A DNA stretch of 29,849 bases, taken from positions 1 through 29,849 of the forward strand of contig JBJCIZ010000322.1 in the NCBI GenBank assembly GCA_051294375.1. Direction: 5' to 3'. Positions 1 to 11,903 of this stretch are shown here, piece by piece. The translations under genes and the position numbers were made by a program. Every line of letters starts with the position of its first letter. Position 1 is the first letter of the stretch. The notes beneath the pieces are model-generated. The model made no database searches. It worked only from the letters and a program-made list of their open reading frames with translations, and was not told where the DNA came from. Source of the DNA: Paraspadella gotoi (lineage: Eukaryota; Animalia; Chaetognatha).

Positions 1-1339
1 CAAGAGAGAAGAGATAAGATGAAAGCACGAAAGAGAGGAAGAGGAAGAAGCATGAATCATAATGTCCTAAAGAAATGAAAGAAAGAGTTGAAATTTCTGA
101 AAAAGTTGAAAGCTTACAAAAGGTGATAGAAGAGTTGAGGATTAAAGAATAAGGAAAAAGGGAATAAGTAGAAGAAAACATCGTCTTTTTTCCTGGTGCT
201 CGATTTCGATAAATTTGGTACTGATCGACGTGGAATGTACGTCTAGTAATAACTCGAGGACAACAATTTCATTAAAATCGGTCCACGCGTTCAAAAGTAT
301 GGCCAAGAAAAAACGACGAAAAAATAGCCTTCTCCCGAGGGATCAAACTTTCGGCCGCTCAACGGAGCGAAAAAGTGGTTACATAAGATTTGAACTACGT
401 AAGTACTAATTCATTAGTCCGACGGAATCGACGGTTAAAGCGAATATCCTCGTTCTCGGGCTAGATAGAAAATAAACGGAAAATTACGGAGCTGAACACG
501 GAGAGAAAATTTGATATGAAGAAACGAATTTCATAAAGGATAAGAGGTGATATGATCACTGAATATAAACTTAAATAAGTTGATTAATGATAATTTAAAA
601 CCAGTTGGGGTTAATTATACTTCCTCGACCGCGGTAAACCAAATTGGTTTTACAAGTTACAATTGGATGACGACGACCCCGTGGCACCCCTTTGATATTT
701 GTCGCTGTCATGCACCACCGTTAGCTCTCTCAGCCTAAGCCACGTCCTCTTCGGACTGCCTCTTTTAGCTCGGCCGCCACCCGCCCCGCCGGTTGCTAAC
801 GGCGCGCTTGAGCAACTCGGGAGACTTCTGCCGCTTAAAGAGGTAAAAGCCGCTTAATGAAGAGGGGTTCCTTTGATACGAAAGCCACAAAAGCGCCGAA
901 AGAAAGAAAAAAAGGTCCGCCGCAAAATCCCCGAAAAGGCGTTTTCCCCTTCTCCTTTCTCACGGCCCGATTACCTGCCCGCGATAGCTTCTGAGACTCG
1001 GTTTGAGCAAAATGATTTCGAACCTAGGCAGAAAACCTTCCTTGCCAAATAAATTTGATTGGTAACTTTGCTAATGTTTCTGAACAATATGTAATTGTAA
1101 TTAAAATGTATAAATGTTATCATTAACCATCAAAGATATTTAAATTACTTAGTAACTTACTATTTATGCTCAGTAACTGGGAATAAAGTAGCACTATTAA
1201 TAAACAAAAAGACGGTGAATCTATTGCAAACAGTTATATTAAATGACAAAAAAAAAATAAAACTCTTATCAAATAATATAAAACAATTTACATGACCAAT
1301 TCATAACGGAATGCAGAACAAGCATTTATCTCCCAAATA

Positions 1340-1545
1340 GATCATTCCCGCGTATTTTATCTGCAAATTATCCCCGCGACTTTTTGCTGCAAATTATCCC
1401 CGCGACTTTTTGTTGCGAATCATCCCCGCGTCTTTTTGCTGCGAATCATCCCCGCGTCTTTTTTTGCTGCGAATCATCCCGGCATCTTTTTTTGCTGCGA
1501 ATTATCCCCGTGTCTTTTGCGAATCATCTTTCTTTTATCTGCATC
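1340..1545. repeat. Minisatellite, about 25-27 bp unit
   Basis: About 7-8 copies of TTTTTGCTGCGAATCATCCCCGCGTC. Confidence 0.9.
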
Positions 1546-1554
1546 TTTTCGGTT

Positions 1555-1886
1555 TATTACTCGCAATGAAAGTCAAAGAGTACCCTGCTCATAAGCAAAA
1601 TACCGTAACTCGTGACCTGGTTGCCTAAATCATGACCGTCAGGTACCTGGATCAATGCACAATGTAACGGGATGCAGAAGGCCATAAACACCGCCTTTGG
1701 GGTGAGGTAAACCCCCAAGTATTGTTCCATTGCTGGAGAGGGGGTTAAAAAAGTTAAACAGATTATCCTCTTCAGGCCATCTAGCCGCTTAAGCTTAAAT
1801 TTAGCCTTATACAGCCTTACCTCCAACCTTCTGCAGCCAATGTCAATGGCTAAGCCCCATCCCAAACAAGCGTTCTATGTACACTA
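1555..1886 (+). mobile_element. Family C-related remnant, apparently interrupted by the 1887-2243 LTR
   Basis: TAA acacc GCC tttGGGG..aaacCCCCaa then GTTCCATTGCTG..GGGGG..aagtta, matching 16900-16990. P4/L4 is missing. Confidence 0.45.
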
Positions 1887-2243
1887 TGTAGTACATAATG
1901 TATGTACAGTATGTAGTCATGACAACTTTACACGGCATAAGCGTGACGTCGAAGCGTGACGGAATTTTGGTAAACTCAAGTGGCAAAGGCTCCAAAGCCC
2001 TTAACGCTAACAGGTGAGTGGTGAGACGTCCATCCTAGCTGGGCAATGGGCAACATTAGCAACCCAGTTTTTGCTATAACTTTCAATACAATATATTTTA
2101 AAGGTATCCCTTATTTTTACATATAAAAAATCATGTCTTGGACCATTTACCCATTATGCAAATGAAAACTCATAATTAGTTATTAAATCGTTCTTTATTT
2201 TGTAGTTCCTGATCCTTAGACCAAGATGAAGCAATAAGCTACA
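1887..2243 (+). mobile_element. Solo LTR (357 bp) with decayed twister-like core at 1940-2008
   Basis: TGTAG...CTACA termini; near-TSD ACTA/ACTG. Core: AGCGT..GA CGG aattttgg TAA..AAGG CT CCA AAGC CCTT a ACGCT. Confidence 0.6.
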
Positions 2244-2425
2244 ACTGGGTTAACCAGGCCAGTTTTTGATTAATATATGTGAGGTTTGGACCAAAAATGG
2301 ACTAAACTTTTACCGGTTTAGACACGATCGTCCAGTAAAAACCCTAATGGGCTGTTCAAATAAACTTTAATTTTATTTAACAAATATGTTTTTAACAATT
2401 TTGTTATTTATTTCTTAACCGGGTT

Positions 2426-2602
2426 ACTTTAACTTTCGCCGACCGGGGTTAGGGTTAAGGGTGGTTTAGGGTTAGGGGTAGTTAGGGTTAAATGGGTTTA
2501 GGGTAATTAGGGAATATTTTTTTAAATTTCTTTTTTTTTAAATAAATATTTTTAAATGGTTTTTCAAAAGCCGTCAAAACCGCGGTTGGCGAAAGTAAAA
2601 TT
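2426..2602. mobile_element. Short TIR element carrying degenerate TTAGGG-like repeats
   Basis: ACTTTCGCCGACC ... GGTTGGCGAAAGT inverted ends around GGGTTAGGGTTAAGGGTGGTTTAGGGTT. Confidence 0.65.
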
Positions 2603-2736
2603 TAGCCTCTTAACCTATAATTACAATTGCTGGATGACAGTAAATAAAAATTTTTACACTTTTTTAATAATTGTTAGTTTAAGAGGCAAACGGTTACAGC
2701 GGAGTAAAAAAAATACTAAGAAAATGACATTTAATG

Positions 2737-3346
2737 TCAAAGGTTTTCACAAAAACTATGAAAAACAGCATTTACTAAATGATCTAGCCCCAATGGGTTT
2801 AGATGTAACCCATCCATTCCAACAAAATCCATATTTTTATAAAATAAATCTGGGGCGATTTTAAATATCGAATTTCGATGACAATCACAAGAAATATCAT
2901 AAGAATTAAAAATTCTAATTACATTATTAACGTCCTGAATATAACAACTATTCTTTGATTCTGGAAATTGGCTGCTCTGATACAAATTAACTCTTCGTGG
3001 GCAAAGAGGAACAATAAATATTTTTAAATTTGCATTTTGGTTTAAAACATTGCAAACCAACATTTTCATTTTAAATATAAGATTTGCAGCCAATTGTGAT
3101 GGGACTTCATCAGATGATTTTATTAAGCTGACTTATGTCATTTTGGCCCATACTTAAAATCAATACAGAATGTTTAGAAGACAAATGATAATTTAAATAT
3201 GCATTTGGGCCAATCAGGTCTTCGGTGAGGGCTCCCGAGAAAGAATGTAACTCGATTTCATCAATGGGAGAATATAAGGTTAGTTTTTTAAAATGCTCAT
3301 CAGTCAATTTCTTCAAAATACTGTCAGAAAAGATGAGGGCACTCAT
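2737..3346 (-). pseudogene. SGNH/GDSL hydrolase (esterase-like), intronless, 1-nt frameshift near 3117-3122
   Basis: ORF 3110-3346 holds block I (LIFSDS), block II (FSGA) and block III (SMGQND). ORF 2737-3093 holds block V (DGLHLN). Removing one A from AATAAAATC joins them as LNKSSDEVPSQLAANL. This could be a sequencing error rather than a true pseudogene. Confidence 0.8.
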
Positions 3347-3494
3347 CTTCTTGTAAGTATTTATACAATTATCAATTAAAATACAATCTCAATTTAAAAA
3401 AGGTGAAATAAAAATTTTTAAAAATTAAAAAATAATGACGATACAATGATGGACAGTGATGAGGATTTACGGAGGACAGTGATAACATGAAGAA

Positions 3495-3600
3495 ATGAAT
3501 GCGTGGAGGACGGATTAGATAGACGCACGGAGGACGGATCGGATGCACTGAGGACTGATTGGACGCATGGAGGACCGATTGGACGCGCGGAGAATGGAGT
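3495..3600. repeat. Minisatellite, about 21 bp unit
   Basis: Repeats of GCACGGAGGACGGATTGGAC variants. Confidence 0.75.
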
Positions 3601-3685
3601 GGAGATGGATGTTGACAATTAGCATAGTTAATAAAAAAAAAAAATTAACTCTATTCTTTTTTAAATTATTAAACTATTTTTATTC

Positions 3686-3728
3686 TAGCTGATGAAGACT
3701 CGAACCAGCAGAGTCGAAACATGTACTA
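3686..3728 (+). ncRNA. Minimal type I hammerhead ribozyme (Penelope/retrozyme-type)
   Basis: TAG CTGATGA A GACTC-gaaccagca-GAGTC GAA ACATGT A CTA. Intact core, palindromic stem III, 3-bp stem I, followed by AATAAA. Confidence 0.8.
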
Positions 3729-3809
3729 CTAACAATAAAAATCGTTGTATTGGCAAATCAATAAACATTTCCTAATATTCTATCTGATAAAAAACTATAT
3801 TGATAAAAT

Positions 3810-4028
3810 GATGGTGCACTAAAATCCATCAACCGTTCATCAGCGGCCATTGGTGCCGGAGTCAAGTCATTTGCCTCCCAACCCAAAGGTCCGGGGTTCT
3901 AGCCTAGCAATTAAGAGGGACGGGGCGCTTAACCTGCCTGTAACATGGTGTTACAGACTGATCCGAAGCTCAGGGACTGCTTATATTGAACGGTTCGGTC
4001 ACCAACAACAATAATTTCTGTCTCTTCA
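3810..4028 (+). mobile_element. Family A solo-LTR-like element (tRNA-like head + twister), copy 1
   Basis: Homologous to 5907-6140 and 17813-18046. TSD AAAT (3806-3809 / 4029-4032). Ends CTCTTCA; short deletion at the 3' end of the tRNA-like part. Confidence 0.85.
3906..3981 (+). ncRNA. Twister ribozyme, type-P5 (family A)
   Basis: Same core; P2 is CCT/AGG (fully paired); single mismatches in P4 and P5. Confidence 0.7.
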
Positions 4029-4106
4029 AAATATCATTAAAATAATGGAATTTAAATCAATTTATAAATTTTTAAAAAAAGCCATCAATAAATTATTTAT
4101 TTAATA

Positions 4107-4384
4107 TATAGTTGGGCATTGCGGCTAGATCACCCTGCCTATAAGCATGACATCTTTGATTTTAACCCGGAAGCTTATTGAGTAAACTGAGCTCGATTAT
4201 TAGATATTACCCTTTGTGAAGTGTGAGGACGGCTTAGGGGTGTGGAAAACCCCTAAAACCGGTTTCCGAGTTCAGGGTCTGTTCCATTGCTGGTCATGGG
4301 ACAAAGGAGTTAGAACATATACACAATCTCATGTTTGATATATGTATGGTTTGGTTTAACTTTATGACTGTATAATACACTACA
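4107..4384 (+). mobile_element. Family C-related LTR-like remnant
   Basis: Shares GAAGYGTGAGGACGG, TTAGGGG..GGAAAACCCCTAA and GTTCCATTGCTG with 16880-16970. TATAG...CTACA ends, but no clean TSD. Confidence 0.5.
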
Positions 4385-5906
4385 TTTAATTTTCTGATAT
4401 CTTACTCTTCCCACGGAGTTTGCCATAAATTAAATAATTAGTACTTTATAATTGTCTAAAATAGTAATAATTCATTCTTTTTCAATACGTTTTTAAAAAA
4501 AAATCAATGGTACATTTTTTACACAATTAAGAAAAATATGGTAAATACAAAAGTCAAAAAGTTCCTTTAAAGCTTAGCTAGCTTTGCTTGGTCGAAATAG
4601 GAAAGGCCGGTAGATTAAGCATGCGCGAAAGAAAAATGGACACTATCACTAGAGCAACAATAGCAGGGATTGCAGGAACGGAATGTCGCAACCTTTTCTG
4701 TAACCAAGTCCATAAAGCCACTTTTCCCGAAGAGGACGAGCCGTTTCCTGAAAACCAATAGATAAACATGATAAACATATGAAATATTTTAGTATATTTT
4801 TTTAACAGTTTCTGTAAAAAAAATACTATGACCTAAAACTAATTTTCCATATAGAACCCACCCCAATCGGGTTTGGGGTGGGTTTAGGGTTAAGCAAATA
4901 AATATACAATTGTCAAATCAAAATACATTAAAAATAAATCCTATGAGACCGTACAAAAGATAGCTGCCCTTAAGCGTACCTTTGGCGTAAATTTGAACGA
5001 ATTTTTTCATTTTTGTTAGTTCGCTAAATGGTTTTGATACATTTGACAATATCAAACTAAGGAAAAAACTTGTAATTTTTGTAATAGGAAGACCACATGC
5101 GACTGAAAGGCCGCGAAGCATTACCTCTTGGTTGTTGACAAAAATAATGCCCTTTATATATCATGCCAAAAAAGAGAAGCTATAAGGTTTAGATTGCATA
5201 ATCCACAGACGAAAACGTCATAAGCACCTCAATATAAAAGAGCGTTATCCACTATTCCCGGCAAAAAAATGAGTTATTAAAGTCAGAATAAGAATAATTG
5301 ATAATTAAAACTTACCTTTTCCACAAATATCTTCCAGAATATATTAATATTCAGATAAATAGATGTAGACCATGTCAATGATCCCCAATTTCAACGATAG
5401 CATTCGTTACTGACTTACAGATAAATGATGAATAAAATAACTTAAGCGAAGCGGAGAGAGTGTTCCCGAAACACTCAGACATTACTTGCTTAAATGTCAA
5501 GTTCAAGAAGTGAATTTAATGTTTTTAAAAATGACCTGTTTTGAAAAAAATTTTTTTAAAAAATAAAATAAAGTTGAAAGGATATAAAAATTTCAAAGCT
5601 AGATTTTAAACCATATGAAAAAAGTTATCACTCATATAATTAATATTTCAAAAAATATAATTTATAGCACACTCCCTGGGAAGGATAACATTTTTTAAAA
5701 AAAATTATTTTTACTGTTTCAGAAAAACTTTTGGTTCATTTCAAATCACTTCAATCTCATTTACATATTGTAGCAGTTTAGTTCATTACAGTTTTCATAG
5801 TAGTCTTAAATACTACTCTTATCTTAGGTTTTTAGCTCTAATTTCAATAAGGTTCAATAATAATTTTGTTTCCTAATTATTATTTGAATATTTCATTGTA
5901 GTATTA

Positions 5907-6140
5907 TGAAGAGACAGTAATTATTGTTATATGTTAGTGACAGAACCGTTCAATATAAGCAGTCCCTGAGCTTCGGATCAGGCTGTAACACCAAGTTACA
6001 GGCGGGTTAAGCGCCCCGTCCCTCTTAACTGCTAGGCGACCACCGAGCTCGAACCCCGGACCTTTGGGTTGGGAGGCGAATGACTTTCCTCCGGCACCAC
6101 TGGCCGCTGATGAACGGTTGGTGGATTTTAGTCCATCATA
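5907..6140 (-). mobile_element. Family A solo-LTR-like element, copy 2 (234 bp)
   Basis: TSD ATTA (5903-5906 / 6141-6144). Termini TAT...TCA on the - strand. tRNA-like 6036-6107, twister 5958-6033. Confidence 0.9.
5958..6033 (-). ncRNA. Twister ribozyme, type-P5 permutation (family A, best copy)
   Basis: - strand: AGCAGTT(P5) aag AGG(P2') GA CGG GGCGCT(P1) TAA CCC GCC TGTAAC-ttggt-GTTACA(P3) G CCTG AT CCG AAGC T CAGG(P4/L4) GACTGCT(P5'). L4 CCG is complementary to the CGG after GA. Confidence 0.8.
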
Positions 6141-6443
6141 ATTATAGCTTTACAAATGGAAGTATATTTCTTATTTCGGCTCATGTTTGATAGAAGATTG
6201 TTATTGTCAAAGGTCGGGCTATTAGTATTAGCTCGGATTTCAGGGTCGGTATTAACCACTATGGCCCTATTATAAAATAAATATTTTTATCATTATATTA
6301 TTATTATTAAAAAAAATTATATACAATTATGAAAAAAATTTTTCAAGCAAATCGGAATCAATTAGAACATTAAAAAAGTTAAAAGTGCCCGACTACAAAA
6401 GATTCTTAACATGAACATGGTGTCTTTAATTCTTAGCACTTAA

Positions 6444-6985
6444 ACAATTTTAATCAGAATATCACTTAGACAGTCTGTTTTATAAATCATAACAACAAAA
6501 TAAATTACAAACCTTTTATAGAAAACGTTGCACTCAAAAAAGTGCTTATCACTGAAACAATTTAAATCAAAATGTCTAGTTAAAATCAGAATGAAGTAAA
6601 AATAATTTTTTCCATTGTCAGTCACACAGACCTATTATGGATAATGTTGCAAAAAGGTGATTGTCACATAGACAATTTTAATCAGAATGTCACTTAGACA
6701 GTCTGTTTTATAAATCATAATGACAAAATAAATTAATTTCATAAGGTCACCTTTTACAGAAAACGTTGCACTCAAAAAGGTGCTTGTCACTGAGACAATT
6801 CAAATCAAAATGTCACTTAGACATGTCTTGTTAAAATCAGAATGAAGTAAAAACAATTTTTTCCATTGTCAGTCACACAGACCTATTATGGATAATGTTG
6901 CAAAAGGTGATTGTCACATAGACAATTTTAAATCAGAATGTCACTTAGACATTTTTAGTTAAAATTAGAATAAAGTGAAAACAAG
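6444..6985. repeat. Tandem repeat, about 230-250 bp unit (2.2 copies) built from TGTCACTTAGACA subrepeats
   Basis: ACAATTTTAATCAGAAT restarts at about 6444, 6672 and 6922. Confidence 0.9.
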
Positions 6986-7633
6986 TAATAATAAATAATG
7001 ATAAAGTAAGTAAAACAATAATTTTTTTTACTTTTTCATCAAAATGAACACCATTAATAACAATACCATCATAAGGATAAAGAGGAATTAAAGCATGTTT
7101 AATGGCAGGAAAATTTTAAGAAGAGAGACGAACGGGAACAGGAGTTAAATATTTCGCTTTAAGGACTATGGGCAGGGGCGAATAAAAAAAATAGATTTAA
7201 GATCTACATTTCAGACTCCGTCATCGGGCATTTTAACCCGATCCCGAAGTTCGAATTTCTCACAAAGGTTAATTTTTTTATCAAAAATGTGTAACAAATG
7301 ATTACAATAATCCATTATACATTTATTCTTTTTTCGACCCAAACCGTCACTTCCTAAAAGCATGGGAAAATCTCCTTTAACAACATGTACAAAATCAGAA
7401 AAATATGTTAGCAATGCAAATTTTAATAATAACAATGTTTACAAAGAATTTTACCACCGCACACCTTTTATCTATTATCTTGTATTCAAAAACTTTCAAA
7501 AACAAAAATAATTGAACTTGTACTTGGACAATTTTGATAACAACTGCAAAAAAATATTTTTAAAAATTTAACTACATTCATAAAACTACATTGATTATTT
7601 ATACATACAGGAATAAGAGAATGATGAAATAAC

Positions 7634-10600
7634 TTAAAACTGATTTAATACAATGAGGTTTCCTTTTTTGATATGTTGAAGCAGCATTTCGTGCTTAATT
7701 TCGCCATTAATTTCGGTTTTAAAACAAATAGACTTTTTAATCGGTTTGACAATATCATGTACTATTCCTTGAAGCCACTCACCGTTGACCTTTATTTCAA
7801 ATTGACAATTTATCAATTTTTCAGGCTCTTGAAAAAACATACTGTAAAGCTTTTGAGTATGTTTTACAGATTGCTTCTGTACAGCATTTGACCTCTTTTG
7901 TTGCAATGCAGTGATAACAACTTCAGCCGCATCAGTAACATCAATAACAGCAGGAGGCGTCTCTTCACAAAAATCCAGTCGCTTCAAATGTGGATTTTCT
8001 TGATAAATTTTCTCCAAGTGAACCAGTTTTTCAGCCAAAGAGTATTCTTTTTTGTTCAAGGTTTTGTTAAAAACATTTTTGTTCAAACAAGTAGCATCAC
8101 CAATTTTATGCAAAAATTCTATTAATAAATTTAACGCATGTAGTTTTTCTTTGTCATCATCTATCAAATCAAGCTTGGCTTGCACTTCATGTTGCAACCA
8201 TGGTGGACCATAAGTTTCAGTAAACTTTCTTACTATTTCCAACTTTTTTCTTCCTTTAGAATTTTCATTTTCGATTTTAGTGTCTATAATTTTTTGGCGT
8301 TTCTTCAACAAATCTGCTTTATAATTTTTATCAATAGTTATTTCTTCTGATTTACGTTTTTGATAAGATTTTCGAGCAGATTTAATTATTTCTTCTCTTT
8401 CAGAATCATTTTTGCTATCTATGTATTCTACAGGACGGTTAGTCCTTAACATACAATGTGCTTGCAAAGTAGTTGATTTTGCATTTGGTTTAGCATCTTT
8501 AATAAACCGCGCTAGTCCAAAAAGTGATTCCCCACGTTGGTTTGTTGTTGGAACGCTAAGCGTTCCATTTACAAAATTTGGATCATCTTGAAGCTCATCC
8601 AGCCTTCCACCATTTAGGAAATCGGCTGCTTGGGTTGTCAAAGTAAGAAGCATTGCTTCGGCAATAACTTGAACTACTTCAATTATTTGTGTCCTGTTTA
8701 AATCATTTGTTGCAATTGCTTCCATAACCTTATTGACTTTGTCTTTTTCCAGAAATGCTTCAGAGAAAGGCGATTTTCCTTCTAACATTTGGCTTCCATC
8801 ATGACTAACATCCAGTAAAAAATTCTGAAGACTCTGCAAATGAGGAATTAATTCAAGGATGTGAACCTTAGTTTTTCCATATTCATTGTAGTGATCCTTT
8901 CCATACAAAATCCTCCAGAAAGGAGCAATAACGAGTACATCAAAAACGCTCATCGCTCCTACTTGATTTAGAGCGAATTGGTCATTCATGTCGTAGTTAA
9001 TAGAACGATATATTTGTGATGTATCTTCATGTTCAAAAAATTCTTTAAGATGTGCCAGTAAAATAAGTATTCTGGTTGCTGCTGGAAATTCTATTCCAGC
9101 TCTGTTATGCTCATAATGCACAACATTTGGATCTGCAATTTTTTTGCTTTGTCGAAAAGCCTTCCATAGCTCCACAAGCCGCCAAGTTTGTTCCTTCTGG
9201 TGTGGATGCAACACTAATGAAATATTTCGATTCAATCGCTGAACTGCGGGTGATTCTCCCGTGTAAGCATAAGGGTTCCTCTCTTGAGGAACTGAAAGAG
9301 ATTCTAATTGTTTTAATGCATTTATTGTCGAGGTAGACATATTCGATAATAAATGCATTTTACAATAAAATGTATTTACTTTTTCCAAATTACTACGTTG
9401 GGCGGGAGTAAAGTCATTATTAGCCAGGATCATAGGCAACAATGTTTTTTTAAAATCTTCAAGTTGATTCGCAAATGCGCCATTCACAGGTGCCTGATCA
9501 GTCATTACGTTACTGATTTTTGTTATTAATTCTGCAAGTTTGCTTAACTCATCTTCATCAGGTTTTAATCCTTCTCGAGCAATCTCAGAAAACTTTTCAT
9601 GAACATAGCCCAATAATGACTTGGCATCTTCTTGACATATGGCTCGTAATCCTAGCGTATAGGTAGATCCATCAGCGAAATGAATTTGAGAACCAAGAAA
9701 ACTAATTGATTTATGGGTCGCAGAATCTATCGATAATGTTACATCTTTTTCTGACTCTAACTTTTCAGAAAGCTGTTTCATTAATAAGCAATGACTCTCT
9801 GTCACAAGTCTAGAAACAAAACTTCTAGATGGACATCTTTTCAAATCTGTCCCAGATAATCGCTGCAATACAGTTTTCATTGCCTGAGGTATTTGTCTGG
9901 CTGGTATTCCGAGCTGTAACAGGTCCCAGGCACAAACACGGAGCTCGTCACTGTACATACCATTTTCAAACAAATTAATTTCATTATTTTTTAAAGCCTC
10001 ATTCATTTGTTCCAAAATTCCTATTTCTTTTGATTTTTCTTGGTATTTTTTACGCATTTGTTCCATAACACCTTTTTTATACTCATCCTCTTGTATCTTT
10101 CTTTCCATAAACAGTTTGCTTTTGTACCGAATACGTGCGAGTTGTAATTGTGAAACGCGATTTTTATTTTTTTCTTCTTTCAACTGCGTTGAAAGATCAA
10201 GAATTCTTCGGTCTTTTTTCTCAATTAGCTTCTGTCGTTCTGAAGCGATTTTCATGGCGCGTTTCAAATCTGCTTTGACTTTAGCAAGTCGTATCAAATT
10301 TTTCATTTTCATCAATTTTTTACTTTTCTTCAACCTTTTGATTTTGCTGTTAGAATTATAATTTTTGTTTTCATCCCCACAAATATCACGAGAAGATACA
10401 TTAACATTCTGGATTTCCAAATCCAAAGCTGAAACAATTCCTGGATTTGACGCATTTTCTTCCGCATCAGTCGCAAAAAACGATAAAACGGGTTCATGAT
10501 CTGTCGTTAGGGGGGAATTGCTAACATTTTCAAAACTTGATACATTGATTTCTTGTATATCTAAATCTGATGAAGGAACAACATTTGGGACGGGCTCATC

Positions 10601-11589
10601 ATCTTCAACTTCAGTGGAAAAAATTGAAATATGCTGTAAATTTGGGACAGATTCATTGTCTGCTAAAAAGTTTTCATTTCTCTCAGAATGAGATTCAGGA
10701 GATCCAATATCTAAAAAAAAATTATTTTAAAAAAGATTTGATTCTTTTATTCCAAATTAATAAATTTTATAAAATAGTTTAAAACTATATAATACAGTCA
10801 TGAGCAAAAATCAAGCCACTTTATATCAGCACTTAAAAATCTCCCTGAATATTTGAATTTTAAAAGTAAATTAATATTTAAAAAAATTTTATGGAATCTC
10901 CAGTTTTTAAAGTTATACAGTGGCTTTTTTTTTTTCACTTGAGCGCAAATATATTTTTCTTAACATAAAATTGTTATGGCTATAACAATTGAACTGAAAT
11001 ATAATTTACTAGTATCAGCATTTAAGCTAACAAAATAATAATTTGAGTCAAACAACGCCGGATCTGCACCCGGTAAGCAGCGAATCAGATGATAATTTAT
11101 GATTAATCTTACAATTTTTTTATTTATTACAACGGACGGACAGACACCGATTTTTTTGCATAATTTATTTTAATTCAATGATCCGACAAAATTGTGGGGT
11201 GGGACCGACAAAGTGAATTGTAGAGCTGGAATCTGCTGTAAGTAGATGCGGCTAAAGACCATTTATGCTTTTAATTACCTAATGCGATAATTTATATAAA
11301 CAATGCTTAATTTTATCTATATTACTCATGAAAAATATATGTTTACTATCCAAAACTAACCTCTAAAATCTTCTTCTGAAAAAAACGGTGCCGATGAATA
11401 AGCTTCTGTCCCTTCAGCTCTTCTTCTTAATTTGCTACGAAATTTCCAACGAAGTTTTCTTAGTTTTGATCCAAAGCTCTTCTTGGATATACAAATGGTT
11501 GGATAGCGAGCTTTAACTAATTGCCAACACATATTTTCGCTGAGCCCGTCCGTGAGTTTTAACATTTCTAAATTTGTAATTAGTTCCAT
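7634..11589 (-). CDS. DDE DNA transposase, hAT-related (CxxH) group; two exons 11589..11361 and 10710..7634, about 1101 aa
   Basis: The 930-aa ORF has candidate catalytic residues D (VTLSID), D (NVMTDQAPVN), CxxH (FYCKMHLL) and E (PTTNQRGESLFG), plus an N-terminal coiled coil. The frame stays open upstream to an acceptor ttttttttAG at 10711-10720. The 77-aa ORF at 11356-11589 ends at a donor AG|GTTAG (exon end 11361). Both junctions are phase 1 (G+AT=Asp), total 3306 nt. Confidence 0.85.
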
Positions 11590-11903
11590 TTTTAAAAAAT
11601 GTTAGAGATGTCAACAAATAAAGCTGAAAAAAAAACACAAAATATTTCATTGATGTAAATCATTCAATTGAAAAATATAATAATAAATTTGGATTTAAAT
11701 AATTTCATGAAAAACCATTATGATAGAAAGCCATATCATTTCATACAATTTTACATAATTATTCATATTTAAATATGTGTATATCCTTTCTTTTTCGTTG
11801 TGTTTGTAGATTATAAGACAGTTTAATTATTTGCAACAATTTATTTTCAAAAGATGAACATGTTTCGGCTCAGGATTCGAGCCTTCATCAGCGCTGATGA
11901 AGG

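Noticed and set aside
1340-1545. CRISPR-like array
   Set aside because: Units are contiguous without unique spacers, and the context is eukaryotic.
1557-1865. ORF containing YLGVYL as a reverse-transcriptase fragment
   Set aside because: No other RT motifs; the segment is the antisense of the GGGG/CCCC P3 hairpin of family C.
2445-2512. True telomere or chromosome end
   Set aside because: Short, degenerate and enclosed in a dispersed TIR element.
4578-5420. Multi-exon host gene on the - strand
   Set aside because: Splice-like sites exist, but I could not assemble an open frame or recognise a domain.
6100-6120. CTGATGA motifs at about 6107 and 23484 as hammerheads
   Set aside because: No stem II followed by GAAA.
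10795-10945. Tc1-like MITE in the transposase intron
   Set aside because: Only AAGCCACT/AGTGGCTT matches; the right end is too degenerate.
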